The notes below the pieces were generated by a model. The model was given only the letters and a program-made list of their open reading frames with translations. It was not told where the DNA came from and did not search any database. A stretch of DNA of 64,000 bases. Source: a virus. Shown in pieces: positions 10,911 through 21,197 of this stretch. The stretch spans positions 1-64,000 of the IMG/VR virus record IMGVR_UViG_3300035053_000267; one strand, written 5' to 3'. Numbering within the stretch: position 1 is the stretch's first letter; each line of letters opens with the position of its first letter. A program made the position numbers and the translations under genes.

Positions 10911-11125
10911 ACTTTGTTCTCCAATTCTACTTTTTCGTTGCCTGACAACAATATACTGTCACATTGCTCTAATAGTGTTACATTTTTAACTCTATAAGTC
11001 AATGACAATAACTGACATCCACTAAAACTTATTAAGAATATTATATTGTTTGATTCTCGTATGCAACCTTATTTTTTTGATACACATATCAAAAGCTCTG
11101 ATAGCTAAAAAAAAATAGAAATTAT

Positions 11126-11158
11126 GCAGTGGAAACGGCTTTAAACCATTTCCACTGC
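11126..11158 (-). terminator. Intrinsic terminator-like hairpin
   Basis: GCAGTGGAAA...TTTCCACTGC followed by a T-run on the - strand. Confidence 0.55.
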
Positions 11159-11165
11159 TTTACTG

Positions 11166-11495
11166 TCATTCTTTTAATTTCTTCTCCATAGCGTCTAGAT
11201 AGTCGAACAGAGCCTTATTGCTTCTGGAATCAATAGATTCAGAAGCAACAATATTATCAGGCAGCACGACTACATCCTCTATAGGTCTGGCCGTACCAAA
11301 TCTGTTACATGCGTCATAGTGCAACTCATTAAACAGATATCTGTCGCCAAGCTTATATCTTATTCCAATAAAGCCTTTTTCACCATTTTTTGTAACACAC
11401 ACGCCCAAGCTCAGATTTCTGCTTTTAAGGGTGTATACGTGTCGCTCTTTACAATCATCCAGAGCTATCATACGCTGTTCTCCTCTAATACACAC
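11166..11495 (-). CDS. Hypothetical protein
   Basis: ORF; true start possibly 11471. Confidence 0.6.
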   Translation of the reverse strand: MCIRGEQRMIALDDCKERHVYTLKSRNLSLGVCVTKNGEKGFIGIRYKLGDRYLFNELHYDACNRFGTARPIEDVVVLPDNIVASESIDSRSNKALFDYLDAMEKKLKE

Positions 11496-11842
11496 GGACC
11501 AGAAGGATATTCTCCTGCCCCAAGATCATGTTTAACATCGAGTCGAAAGATCTCCAGTTTTGTCTGAGCCATAATTTCCGAAAACCCGGCAGGTCCCGCA
11601 CAGAACGAATGCGGAACCTTATCTATATGAAACACATAGATCGAGTCACCCGGCAAAAAGGTTACAGGGGTTTCCTCGGACAATTTGACTCCAAAAAACT
11701 CATTGAAGAATTTCCTGGATTTACTGCACGGGTTAAACAGAACTGAATCTTTCGGAATACTGGAAGCATCACAGGGAGAAAGATTCAAATTAACCTCTCC
11801 CTTTATGTTTGCCAAGTCGAAACCAAGCGATATATAGTTCAT
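11468..11842 (-). CDS. Hypothetical protein
   Basis: ORF with AGGAGG RBS. Confidence 0.65.
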   Translation of the reverse strand: MNYISLGFDLANIKGEVNLNLSPCDASSIPKDSVLFNPCSKSRKFFNEFFGVKLSEETPVTFLPGDSIYVFHIDKVPHSFCAGPAGFSEIMAQTKLEIFRLDVKHDLGAGEYPSGPCVLEENSV

Positions 11843-11886
11843 TATACTCCTCCTGTTTTACTGCATTAAGTGTACAGCCTGTTATT

Positions 11887-12537
11887 TTATGGGCTCCATA
11901 TGGCGTTACCGTTAGGACTCCATGAACAATTATAGAACTGTATAAGATTACCGCCAAATGCCTTTTTTATTCTATCCAGAGCATCAGCAACACCTCCTAA
12001 GGCCGTATTGTCAAAAAACACCATGCCTTTAGCCGCACTGACGGACTCATGTATGATGGAGAACTCTTCAAAAACGTCTTCAGCGCGGTGTGATCCGTCC
12101 AGCAGAACGAAATCCATACACCGATAAATCTTATTCTCCGATACTAAGTCCTCCAAAACCTCCGTACTGTCTCCGTGTCTGAAGTCCACATAATCGCTCA
12201 GTCCTGCCTGAGCCACATTAGCAGCTGCTTTTTTCAGCAAGTCCTTGTCTATATCTATAGTGATAACCCTTGAAAGAGATTCAAGGTCTTTAAGAACCTG
12301 AGCCAACATTATTGTTGAAAACCCCAGATTAGTGCCAGTCTCTATGACTACAGCCGTAATGGGACGTGTCAAGTGACACAGTAAAGAGTAATAGAGCAGA
12401 TTCCACGATGGATAGCCCATACTCAGGCCTGTTTTGTCTTTCGCGTCGGATATGTCCCACACATCGACCTCCTGTGAGGAAACAAACCTATTAGGGATCA
12501 GGCTCTTTCTGTAGTTAAATATTCTTCGATTCGTCAT
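11887..12537 (-). CDS. Class I SAM-dependent methyltransferase (Methyltransf_24-like)
   Basis: VIETGTNLGFST, ITIDID, GDS, DFVLLDGSH, FFDN. Confidence 0.85.
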   Translation of the reverse strand: MTNRRIFNYRKSLIPNRFVSSQEVDVWDISDAKDKTGLSMGYPSWNLLYYSLLCHLTRPITAVVIETGTNLGFSTIMLAQVLKDLESLSRVITIDIDKDLLKKAAANVAQAGLSDYVDFRHGDSTEVLEDLVSENKIYRCMDFVLLDGSHRAEDVFEEFSIIHESVSAAKGMVFFDNTALGGVADALDRIKKAFGGNLIQFYNCSWSPNGNAIWSP

Positions 12538-12551
12538 ATTCTCTCCTTATT

Positions 12552-12740
12552 TTAATAGGCTGCTATTTTATACCTCAAACGGATAAGACTATATAGAGTG
12601 AAAACACTTACTACCAGCCCCATCATGATTAAACGCATGAATCTTTTTTCAGTAAACTGTGTATATTTTTTAAACAACACGTCATAAACCACATCAGCAA
12701 ACATATACGCTATCAGCATGCTTCCAAAGAACTCAATCAT
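12552..12740 (-). CDS. Small membrane protein
   Basis: ATG 12740 with GAGG RBS; two hydrophobic segments. Confidence 0.5.
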   Translation of the reverse strand: MIEFFGSMLIAYMFADVVYDVLFKKYTQFTEKRFMRLIMMGLVVSVFTLYSLIRLRYKIAAY

Positions 12741-12756
12741 AATTACCTCTCTCTCT

Positions 12757-13383
12757 CTACTGTGTTTTGAGCTTAGAAAGCAACTTCCGCGCTTCTTTTT
12801 TATACCTACTGGAAGCATAACACATAATGATTCGCAGATCTGCATTAGTGGGTCTCTGCTTAAGTAATTGCTGCCACGCTTTTTCTTTCCACTTATTTGG
12901 AGCAAAGCATACAATATATTGCAAATTTTCATCAGTAGGCTTTTGCTCAAGTAATTGCTGCCACGCTTTTTCTTGCCACTTGTCGGGGGCATAGCACACA
13001 ATATATTGCAGATCTTCATTAGTGGGGCTCTGCTCAAGTAACTTATGCCACGCTTTTTCTGCCCACTTACTGGGAGCGAAGCGCACAATAAGTCGCAGAT
13101 CATTATTTTGAAAATATCCTTTGCTCCACATTTTACCAAAGTTGGCATCAAAATCTTTTATAATATTTTTAAGCTCCTCTGGTAAATCATCTGCCCAAAA
13201 GTCACGTCTCTCATACTCAATGCCACCTTTAACGCCCCAGAACACTCTTATTGCTCCATGACCTAAGTAGTCGTTGTCACGACACCCTGAGAATTTTTCT
13301 CTGCCCTGGGCAGAGAAGACCTCTTTATCTGTTAAGTAAAAAAGTTTGTTATCTTTTTCAATCCAACTTATGAAATCGCACAT
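12757..13383 (-). CDS. 29-aa helical-repeat protein, paralog 1 (4 repeats)
   Basis: Shared N-domain MCDFISW...GHGAIR plus PTNxDLxYIVCYAPDKWxEKAWQQLLxQK repeats. Confidence 0.8.
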   Translation of the reverse strand: MCDFISWIEKDNKLFYLTDKEVFSAQGREKFSGCRDNDYLGHGAIRVFWGVKGGIEYERRDFWADDLPEELKNIIKDFDANFGKMWSKGYFQNNDLRLIVRFAPSKWAEKAWHKLLEQSPTNEDLQYIVCYAPDKWQEKAWQQLLEQKPTDENLQYIVCFAPNKWKEKAWQQLLKQRPTNADLRIIMCYASSRYKKEARKLLSKLKTQ

Positions 13384-13404
13384 GTTTACTCCTTAGTTGT
13401 CATC

Positions 13405-14373
13405 TTAGAGCTTAGAAAGCAACTTCTGCGCTTTTTCTCTAAACTTACAGGAAGTGTAGCGCACAATAAATCGCAGATCTTCATTAGTGGGCTTCTGCTT
13501 GAGTAATTGTTGCCATGCTTTTTCTTGCCACTCACCATGGGCATAGCACACAATATATTGCAAATATTCATTAGTGGGTCCCTGCATAAGCAGCTGCTGC
13601 CATGCTTTTTCTTTCCACTTACGGGGAGCATAGCACACAATATATTGCAGAGTATTATCAATGGGCTTCTGCTTGAGTAATTGTTGCCATGCTTTTTCTT
13701 GCCACTTGTCGGGGGCATGGCACACAATATATGGCAGGTCTATATTAATAGGCTTCTGCTTGAGTAATTGTTGCCATGCTTTTTCTGCCCACTTATCGGG
13801 AGCGCACAGTATGATATCTCGCAGATCGTTATTAGTGGGTCCCTGCGTAAGCAGCTGCTGCCATGCTTTTTCTGCCCACTTATCAGGAGCGTAGCACACA
13901 ATAAGTTGCAGATCCTCCTTAGTGGGTTTCTGTTTAAGTAATCGTTGCCATGCTTTTTCCGCCCATTCGTCAGCATAAACATAGTGCACAATATATCGCA
14001 AATCATCATTAGTAGGCTTTTGCTCAAACAATTGCTGCCATGCTTTTTCTGCCCACTTACTGGGAGCGAAACGCACAATACGCCGCAGATCATCATTTTG
14101 AAAATATCCTTTGCTCCACATTTTACCAAAGTTTGCATCAAAATCTTTTATAAGATTTTTTAACTCCTTTGGCAACTCCTCTGTCCAAAAGTCACGTCTC
14201 TCATATTCAGTGCCACCCTTAAACCCCCAGAACACTCTTATTGCTCCATGACCCAGAACATCATTGTCCTTGCACCCTGAGAGTCTTTCTCTGCCCTGAG
14301 AGGAAAAGACTTCTTTATCCGTCAGATAAAATAATTTATTGTCTTTTTTGATCCAACTTATGAAATCGCACAT
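13405..14373 (-). CDS. 29-aa helical-repeat protein, paralog 2 (8 repeats)
   Basis: Same architecture as paralog 1; AGGAGG RBS. Confidence 0.8.
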   Translation of the reverse strand: MCDFISWIKKDNKLFYLTDKEVFSSQGRERLSGCKDNDVLGHGAIRVFWGFKGGTEYERRDFWTEELPKELKNLIKDFDANFGKMWSKGYFQNDDLRRIVRFAPSKWAEKAWQQLFEQKPTNDDLRYIVHYVYADEWAEKAWQRLLKQKPTKEDLQLIVCYAPDKWAEKAWQQLLTQGPTNNDLRDIILCAPDKWAEKAWQQLLKQKPINIDLPYIVCHAPDKWQEKAWQQLLKQKPIDNTLQYIVCYAPRKWKEKAWQQLLMQGPTNEYLQYIVCYAHGEWQEKAWQQLLKQKPTNEDLRFIVRYTSCKFREKAQKLLSKL

Positions 14374-14542
14374 TTATTCCTCCTTAATTGTTTGAAATAC
14401 AGCCGACAGGGAGTTGCACCCTGCCGGCTGTAGTTAATTAAATCAGATCACCTCTGACGGTCGCCGTGTTAACGCAGGTCGGCTCTGCGGTAAGGATTGA
14501 TTAAATGTCTTACAAGTAAGTATGCCTGTTTTTTTGCGCTAT

Positions 14543-14956
14543 TTAAGCAAACAGGATTTTCCTTATCTTCATCAGCTCTTTCCTCTTATAGGAGGGATCC
14601 GATTCAAAAGAGTCAGGAACCAGAAAGATAGAGTCAGGACTGCGGCTCACTGATCCTTCACCGGTGAGCAGGTAGCGGAACAAATTCCACACGTCCTCCA
14701 GCCTCTCTCTCTGCATACTGCCTATAAGCCTTGAATTTTCCAGAATATCTTCTGGAAACGTATGGGTATTCCATACGCTCAACACCGAGCAACCCGGCAA
14801 CCCGGTGTCAGCAAGAAGCTCTCCCTCCTCGTAAGGAAGGTCACGAGAGCTGAATGGGACCATCATCCAGACGCCTTCGTCCCAGTGTTTCAGCACCAGG
14901 AAACTAACAGGCTCACTGGAGAATGTCCTTATTTCCCCTTCTAACATGGATATCAC
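14543..14956 (-). CDS. Hypothetical protein
   Basis: ORF with AGGAGG RBS. Confidence 0.6.
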   Translation of the reverse strand: MISMLEGEIRTFSSEPVSFLVLKHWDEGVWMMVPFSSRDLPYEEGELLADTGLPGCSVLSVWNTHTFPEDILENSRLIGSMQRERLEDVWNLFRYLLTGEGSVSRSPDSIFLVPDSFESDPSYKRKELMKIRKILFA

Positions 14957-14979
14957 CTCCTTACAACGATTTGAAATCG

Positions 14980-15345
14980 TTACTTACTGTTTATCTTTGC
15001 CACCAGTTCTCTGGCGGTCCACAAACCCCAGGATCCGGTTTTACACGTAGGACGGATTCTGCTCCTTATTTTGGTTACTACGTATGCAGTGGCCTTAGGG
15101 TTTGCAGCAGCAACATCGGTACATGTTAACTCTCTATCCAGCATTTCCGTAGAAAGAGTCAACTCTACCGACACGACGGCAGCAGCCGCCTCCGCCAAAT
15201 GGTAGGGCAATGTTCCTACAATTACATGCCCTAGCACATCTTCTCTTGTGGGATATGCCAGTCCTTGCCCCCTTATCCCACGGCGGGCAAGCCAATCCAC
15301 CAACCCCTGGTGTCTGGTGGATATTTTGACCTCATAGGTCTTCAT
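14980..15345 (-). CDS. Hypothetical protein, Csx16-like small alpha/beta fold
   Basis: STRHQGLVDWL...GHVIVGTLPYHLA resembles the Csx16/VVA1548 family; from recall only. Confidence 0.45.
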   Translation of the reverse strand: MKTYEVKISTRHQGLVDWLARRGIRGQGLAYPTREDVLGHVIVGTLPYHLAEAAAAVVSVELTLSTEMLDRELTCTDVAAANPKATAYVVTKIRSRIRPTCKTGSWGLWTARELVAKINSK

Positions 15346-15676
15346 GGTACCTCCTATTTTTTAATTCACAGATGGAACACCACTGCTTCTCGTGTGGGTC
15401 CCATAAGAATACGGGAATGGTTTTCCCTTCCCGTTCCTGTTTGCTGGCCCGGATCAGTTTGCTGAGCTCCGCCGGGCTGCAGTCTTTGAGCAGAATTGCA
15501 TCAAAGACACCTTTAAACCCTCTGGAGCACGTGTCCAGTATCACGGCCACGTACCCGTCGGGGTCTCGGGGACACAGGGTGCATGGGACAACATCAGAAA
15601 GTCCCATTTTTTTCGCCTCTGTGAGTTCCCTATCTGTGCGGCTCGAATTGAGCCTAGAAAAATGTGCTGCACGCAT
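15332..15676 (-). CDS. Hypothetical protein
   Basis: First gene after promoter motif; AGGAGG RBS. Confidence 0.6.
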   Translation of the reverse strand: MRAAHFSRLNSSRTDRELTEAKKMGLSDVVPCTLCPRDPDGYVAVILDTCSRGFKGVFDAILLKDCSPAELSKLIRASKQEREGKTIPVFLWDPHEKQWCSICELKNRRYHEDL

Positions 15677-15713
15677 GTCAACCTCCTTTTTTGGTTCGTA
15701 AACGTTTACTTTA

Positions 15714-15742
15714 TATTATTCCCATAAATCAGGAAGAATTAA
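15714..15742 (-). promoter_or_regulatory. Putative phage promoter TTAAWY-N16/17-(A/C)ATAAT
   Basis: TTAATT-16-AATAAT; related motif at 43129, 49922, 54433, 56677, 56744. Confidence 0.5.
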
Positions 15743-15746
15743 CCAG

Positions 15747-16418
15747 TCACAAACCTAAAAAAGAAAGAGTTCCAAGCGCATGTCCAAGAAAATGAGCGGA
15801 CTTACTGTTGATACCTAGTTTACTTTTTATCTCACGTATGTCCTGCATTTTCTGAAGAGCTCTGGCAGCCTCCGTCCTTTTCTCAAGAATATCTCTTGAT
15901 TCAGGAAAGAACACATTAGAGCCGTAGCCTCCTTGGCTGTACTTGTCCACTATGTGATCAACAGCCCGCCGAACCTGTTGATCATCGGTCATGGAGGGAA
16001 AGTGAGATTTACCATAATTGTAAGCACGTAAAATAGAATCATAAGGGTCTTTTTCAGCTGTTTTATCGGCGTCGCTCACTATTCTGGCAACTGTAGATTC
16101 AGGGCGCCCCGATGAAGCTCCATGCTCTCTTACTGCCTCTAAAAGAAGATTGAAATCTCTATTAGAAATCCTGTTTCTTATATCCTTGTCCTCTTTCAGC
16201 ATACTATAGCCGTGTTCAGGGTGATTATCGCGTCCTCTGGATATTCCTACATCGTGAAGAGCGGCTGCAAGATCAATAAGATCAGATTTATCGGGAGCAT
16301 ATTTGGACGAGAGTACTGAAGCGCGATCTCTAACTGATTTTATGTGGTTTAGATCATGCCCTTTATCAAACGTACGATATAAATCAGCATATCTGTCTGG
16401 TAAGTTAGGATCGGACAC
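15747..16418 (-). CDS. HD-domain phosphohydrolase
   Basis: GHDLNH...AALHDVG...HPEHG...REH...SDAD. Confidence 0.85.
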   Translation of the reverse strand: MSDPNLPDRYADLYRTFDKGHDLNHIKSVRDRASVLSSKYAPDKSDLIDLAAALHDVGISRGRDNHPEHGYSMLKEDKDIRNRISNRDFNLLLEAVREHGASSGRPESTVARIVSDADKTAEKDPYDSILRAYNYGKSHFPSMTDDQQVRRAVDHIVDKYSQGGYGSNVFFPESRDILEKRTEAARALQKMQDIREIKSKLGINSKSAHFLGHALGTLSFLGL

Positions 16419-16439
16419 AGCTAAACCACCTATCTTAAC

Positions 16440-17888
16440 TCATGCATAGTTCTGAACAACGCACATTAAATCAACAAAATCATCGTTAATACGGCTGCAT
16501 GCCGCTATTTTATACTTGGCATACGCACGGGCCATGAGCTCAGCTGTATTGTCCCCGGCAGAGGAAATTTTACGGATTCTGATGTCCGGCTTCCTGTTTT
16601 TGATGACCATAATAGACATCCTGCGCACTGCCGGCTCATTATCAAGAGAACAGCCCTCTACACATTCGTTGATAATGTCGTCTATACTGGGAGGAATAAG
16701 CTTGTTTCCAAACTCAAGAGAATCGGCAGGTGTCGGAATGTCGTTCTCCATTACTTTGCTGAATATACCCGGCATAAGTTGTTCCGCGCGGGCAAGAGAA
16801 GGACCGAACTTATCAATATCATTACCGGATATAAGCCTCATGAAATCCCTCAACGACAAAACTATCTTACGGTCAGCAAACCCGCCTAGAATATCCTCTA
16901 CAGGACAGGTGGAATTGACCAGTTTCTGCATTATTTTATCATGTATAGGCGTGTACACATCGTTATCAAACGAGAGCTTCAGCTTAAGTATAGGAGACTC
17001 AGGATCTGATATGCCCTCTATCTCTTTTTCAAGCTCTGAAAGTTTCCTTAATACAGATAGTTTACTGCTCTTATTCAATCCGTACACGTCATTTCCGGAT
17101 ATATCCAGAACAGATGCCAGTTCAGCCGCAGAAACCACGTTATCCAATGCTGCCACCTTCTGCAATCCAAAAGCAATACGGTCGGCCGGTGTTCCTACTT
17201 TGGATATATCAAAAAAAGTCATATGATCGTTAATAGCGTTAATAGAGTGTCCGTCTTTTGTAATAGAGGCCATATGATTTTTAAGATGATCACAGTATTC
17301 CGACTGTTTAACTGCTTTATTGCCGCATATGGAGCATATATCATATGGTACAGTACACGACATGGACCAGGCGACAGGCTCTCCAGATGCCATTTTATGC
17401 AGCTCTTCTCCCCATTCGCTGTCTGGGAGTTTGACTATAAGCTCTACACGTTCAGCTGCATCATGAAATGCTGATTTAACTACATCACCGTATATTTTGT
17501 CGCCTTTATTGTGTCTGTGGTCTTTATAGACGTGTGCATCAGTGACAAAAGTACTGTGTGTGTCCTTAAGACCTTTTTTAACATTATAGTTTTTTATGTC
17601 TTTTCCATCTGGAATAGAAACGTCACAGGCTGTTTTATAAAAAATATCACCATTGCGGTTGCCTGGAAGATTAGGCGCAGCCCCCATAGCAATTAAATGA
17701 ACAAAGGAGTGCCCTTTTTCAGGTTTGATGTCCGACAGGTCGCCGAAAACCCTGGTACCGGCTTTTTTCCTTATCCACGAACTGTCAACACCTTTTAAGC
17801 ACACATCAACAAGCGACGACAGAGGGTCCGAATGGTCGTACCTTGAGGGCAGCACTGTTTTAATAAATGTATTGTTACTCATAACCAC
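16440..17888 (-). CDS. Prohead/capsid maturation protease with inserted Zn finger
   Basis: NRNGDIF, VYKDH, WSMSC, CSICGN...CDHL, FFDISKVGTPADRIA. Confidence 0.7.
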   Translation of the reverse strand: MVMSNNTFIKTVLPSRYDHSDPLSSLVDVCLKGVDSSWIRKKAGTRVFGDLSDIKPEKGHSFVHLIAMGAAPNLPGNRNGDIFYKTACDVSIPDGKDIKNYNVKKGLKDTHSTFVTDAHVYKDHRHNKGDKIYGDVVKSAFHDAAERVELIVKLPDSEWGEELHKMASGEPVAWSMSCTVPYDICSICGNKAVKQSEYCDHLKNHMASITKDGHSINAINDHMTFFDISKVGTPADRIAFGLQKVAALDNVVSAAELASVLDISGNDVYGLNKSSKLSVLRKLSELEKEIEGISDPESPILKLKLSFDNDVYTPIHDKIMQKLVNSTCPVEDILGGFADRKIVLSLRDFMRLISGNDIDKFGPSLARAEQLMPGIFSKVMENDIPTPADSLEFGNKLIPPSIDDIINECVEGCSLDNEPAVRRMSIMVIKNRKPDIRIRKISSAGDNTAELMARAYAKYKIAACSRINDDFVDLMCVVQNYA

Positions 17889-20359
17889 TCTTCCTGTTCC
17901 CGGGCTTTGATAGCAAGGTCTCTAGCAAATTCTTTATATGTATCGGTATATTTCGGCCAAAGCAGCTCTACAGGTGGGTCAGCTGGATCATTGATATTGA
18001 CACTGGACGGATCATCAACCTTAATTAAATTTCCAATAGACTCAAAGAAACCAGGAGTATATGGAGCTGGTTCGTACTCCATTATAGGCTCAGGACCAAA
18101 ACCAGTCATCCGTCTGATCATATCCCATATAGTGGCACTACTCCCCTCACTGCGCTGATCTAGATCCAATCTTTTAGGAACCATTTTAATATTTCTTGGA
18201 TTTACTGTTTTGCGCGGCTGTGTAACCTCGTCGACATCGGTATGTACACTCACTGACGGCGACTCTTCAATGTCGTGGTTTTTGTCCTGAACAGCCAGAT
18301 GCTTATACAAATGGCCGCCGGCAGCACCGGCTGCGGAACCCATTAGAGCTTTTCTAACCGCCTCCATGAGTCTGTCCTTCCCTATCTTATCTGAAGACAT
18401 ATACCCATAGGTTCCAGCCCCTAAGCTGCCTATAGACGCTCCTGTAAGATAAGGAAGAACCTGTTCAGACATGAGCAGATCCTTAAATGTAACTGCCCGA
18501 CCCTTCAGATCTTCGGCCAGTTCTTCCAGTTTTTCTGTTACTTTGTTAGAGGATTTAATAAAACTTTCAGCCAGATTAGAGGCATCTTTACTTATGCCGA
18601 GATGTTCATTGGCAGACCCTTCTTTGCCCAGACCGGTCCATTCCATGAAATCCAGTATGTCCCTGTCAGTAGGCGCTCTATCAGATGAAGAAGCAGTACT
18701 GCTGCCACGATGCCATGTACCTGTGTTGCCGCTTAACGGAACATCAGTATCTGGAGCGGGGAGACCTAAAGGCTCACCATAAGTACCATAAACAGGAAGA
18801 CTTTTTGTATTGAGATCAGGCCTTACGAATATAGTCGACACAGGCCCAAAAGGTCCTTCTTTTGTCTTGTCGTCTGATTTGCCACCTGATTCATCTTCTG
18901 GTTTATCCTTTGGTGGTTTTTCTGATTTAGGAATATAATTATTGACGTCTATCTTCATAGGCTCTTTTTTAGGAATATAATTATTGACGTCTATCTTCAT
19001 AGGCTCTTTTTTGTCGTATACCTCTTTACGAACTTTAGCCTTCTCAATAATATTCCTTTCCTTGTCGCGTTCGGTCTTGGCTACATCGGAAGCCATACTG
19101 CCTACGCTGGAAAGATCATACATATCCAGACCACCGGATTCCACTGCTTTCCTGATAACAGATTTAACAACCATAGGAGCCTTTAAAAGATCAGGATACG
19201 ATTCCATCAGCTTATTAAAATAACGGACAACTTCTTCAGGAGGAGCAGCAGACAGAACCTCATCGTTACGCAGGAAATCATTTAAAAGCATAGTTGCTCT
19301 AATGTTGTTTTCAGTATCCCGTACCCCCGAAGTAACAGATGAGGCGAATACATCCTCTATGTCCTCACCAGATAGACTATATTTATCTGTCAAACCCTGG
19401 CCGATACTGCTTACCGCATTCAAAATTGGAAGGTTTTTATACACCCCTCCTACTATACTGGAAGGAATAAAAGCTTTTTTTTTAAGAAGTTTTTTGCTTT
19501 TCATATCAAAAACTTCCTCAAAATTACCAGCATCATTAGAGGCTACCGTGTCTACAGACGATATTTTACAGTATTGACGTGCAAGCTCAACAATACCTGC
19601 CAGCTTCTTAATACCCTCAGTCGGAGTATCTATCTCGTATTCAAAGGCTTCTGCAAGTTTCTCTATACCAACAGATTTGAACTTATCCGCTGCTTCCCAT
19701 GCCCGGCCCACTTCGCCGAGTTTAGACTCTTCATACACCTCATTAAGCAGAGGAAAAGCATTATTAGCTGTTTTACGCATGACGTAATCTGCGCACTTTG
19801 AAAAGCTCTCAGCATCAACAGGACGAAAATAGTCTACAGCGTCCTGTATCGCGTTAACAAGCTTATAGTGTATTTCAGCCTTTTTATCCTTTATTATGCC
19901 GGCCGCAGCCTTGATATGCTCAGTCTCTCTGAGAGCCTGGAACCAGTCGGCATCGGGAGTGTCTGTAAATGACTTAGCAGATAGATCCCCTTTAATAGTC
20001 TCAGGAGCCGGTTCGTCATAATATATTGTATCATGAGTGTCTGAAAACAGAGCAGACTTATGCGTCTCAACAGAAGGAGTCTTGACGGTAGAAGGATACA
20101 TAATAGAAAAAACAGACTCAGTATCCGCTAAATCCACTGATTCAGCTTTCTTTATGGCGGGAGCCGTTTTAAGATGATTAGCAGTCCTGGAAACGTTAAA
20201 GGCCTCTACAGCCCGTTTAGTCATTTCAGGAACCAGTTTATAGACTGTAGCGTATTTAGCAACCGCCTCCGAAGGATCAGTACCACTGCCTGCTTCCCTC
20301 AAAGCGGCCTGCGCTGCCTTGAATATACGAGTCTCGTCAGAATAGCTTAATAAATCCAT
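17879..20359 (-). CDS. Large K-x-A-rich putative internal head protein
   Basis: About 826 aa from MDLLSY; many K-x-A motifs; Gly-zipper segment; 14-aa tandem duplication. Confidence 0.6.
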   Translation of the reverse strand: MDLLSYSDETRIFKAAQAALREAGSGTDPSEAVAKYATVYKLVPEMTKRAVEAFNVSRTANHLKTAPAIKKAESVDLADTESVFSIMYPSTVKTPSVETHKSALFSDTHDTIYYDEPAPETIKGDLSAKSFTDTPDADWFQALRETEHIKAAAGIIKDKKAEIHYKLVNAIQDAVDYFRPVDAESFSKCADYVMRKTANNAFPLLNEVYEESKLGEVGRAWEAADKFKSVGIEKLAEAFEYEIDTPTEGIKKLAGIVELARQYCKISSVDTVASNDAGNFEEVFDMKSKKLLKKKAFIPSSIVGGVYKNLPILNAVSSIGQGLTDKYSLSGEDIEDVFASSVTSGVRDTENNIRATMLLNDFLRNDEVLSAAPPEEVVRYFNKLMESYPDLLKAPMVVKSVIRKAVESGGLDMYDLSSVGSMASDVAKTERDKERNIIEKAKVRKEVYDKKEPMKIDVNNYIPKKEPMKIDVNNYIPKSEKPPKDKPEDESGGKSDDKTKEGPFGPVSTIFVRPDLNTKSLPVYGTYGEPLGLPAPDTDVPLSGNTGTWHRGSSTASSSDRAPTDRDILDFMEWTGLGKEGSANEHLGISKDASNLAESFIKSSNKVTEKLEELAEDLKGRAVTFKDLLMSEQVLPYLTGASIGSLGAGTYGYMSSDKIGKDRLMEAVRKALMGSAAGAAGGHLYKHLAVQDKNHDIEESPSVSVHTDVDEVTQPRKTVNPRNIKMVPKRLDLDQRSEGSSATIWDMIRRMTGFGPEPIMEYEPAPYTPGFFESIGNLIKVDDPSSVNINDPADPPVELLWPKYTDTYKEFARDLAIKAREQEEWL

Positions 20360-20372
20360 AATCAACCTGTTT

Positions 20373-21197
20373 TTATAAAGAAACCTGTTTCTCAACTTTA
20401 CCTAGTTTACCAGTTTTATCTAACTGTGCCAATCCCAAAGATATACCATCCACCAGACTCTTAACCTGTTCATCCACACTTCCGGAAGCTGCACCCTCTT
20501 TATTACGCATTTTATCCGTAAATACAGCGTACTCTTCCACTATATCATGATGCGTATACTTAGACGGCAACCGGGTAAAGGCAGAAAGAAGAGCCTGACG
20601 GGTAATTTGACCTTCAAACAGCTCATATATTGTCTCTTTAACCTTTGTAGACAGAGGTGCATTACTTATAAACTCCTCTAAAACCGCTGTATCACAATAG
20701 TACGCTACAGTTTTCCACAGGAAATTATAGTCACCTCTGCTGGTATCATCACCGGCAACAGGCATTAGAACCTCCTGAATAACATAGAGAGGGTGTTTAA
20801 GCCTGTCACGTATATCATAGAACACATCCTCATAGAGAGACACACCGGCAACATCGCATCCGGTCTTTTCCGCTATTGTCTTTTTTGGAGCCCCGGCTAT
20901 TATATAGGCTTCAACGGCCCATTTCATATAGTTATCCGCAGTAAACAGAGTGTATGCCTGGTGCATGCTCGGATATTTGGTAAAAATAAAGGAACTGTCC
21001 ATATGCTTGTAGTTCCCTTGTTCCACCTTGGCCTTATACTCTTTTAAAAAGCGTATAAACTTAAAAGCCATTCCTGTACTCCGGTCGAGACCTCTGGAAT
21101 TAACATAGCCGTTAGCGGCATTTTTAGCAAGAACCCATCTCCAGTCAGGAGCTCTTAAAGGATTTTTATCTCGTCTGCGTATTCTTTCTCTTGCCAT
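20373..21197 (-). CDS. Hypothetical protein
   Basis: 274-aa ORF, start coupled to upstream stop. Confidence 0.7.
   Translation of the reverse strand: MARERIRRRDKNPLRAPDWRWVLAKNAANGYVNSRGLDRSTGMAFKFIRFLKEYKAKVEQGNYKHMDSSFIFTKYPSMHQAYTLFTADNYMKWAVEAYIIAGAPKKTIAEKTGCDVAGVSLYEDVFYDIRDRLKHPLYVIQEVLMPVAGDDTSRGDYNFLWKTVAYYCDTAVLEEFISNAPLSTKVKETIYELFEGQITRQALLSAFTRLPSKYTHHDIVEEYAVFTDKMRNKEGAASGSVDEQVKSLVDGISLGLAQLDKTGKLGKVEKQVSL

Noticed and set aside
13386-14141. Alternative-frame repeat ORFs (MCAMPPTSGKKK...)
   Set aside because: Frame-shifted shadows of the 87-bp repeats, lacking an RBS.
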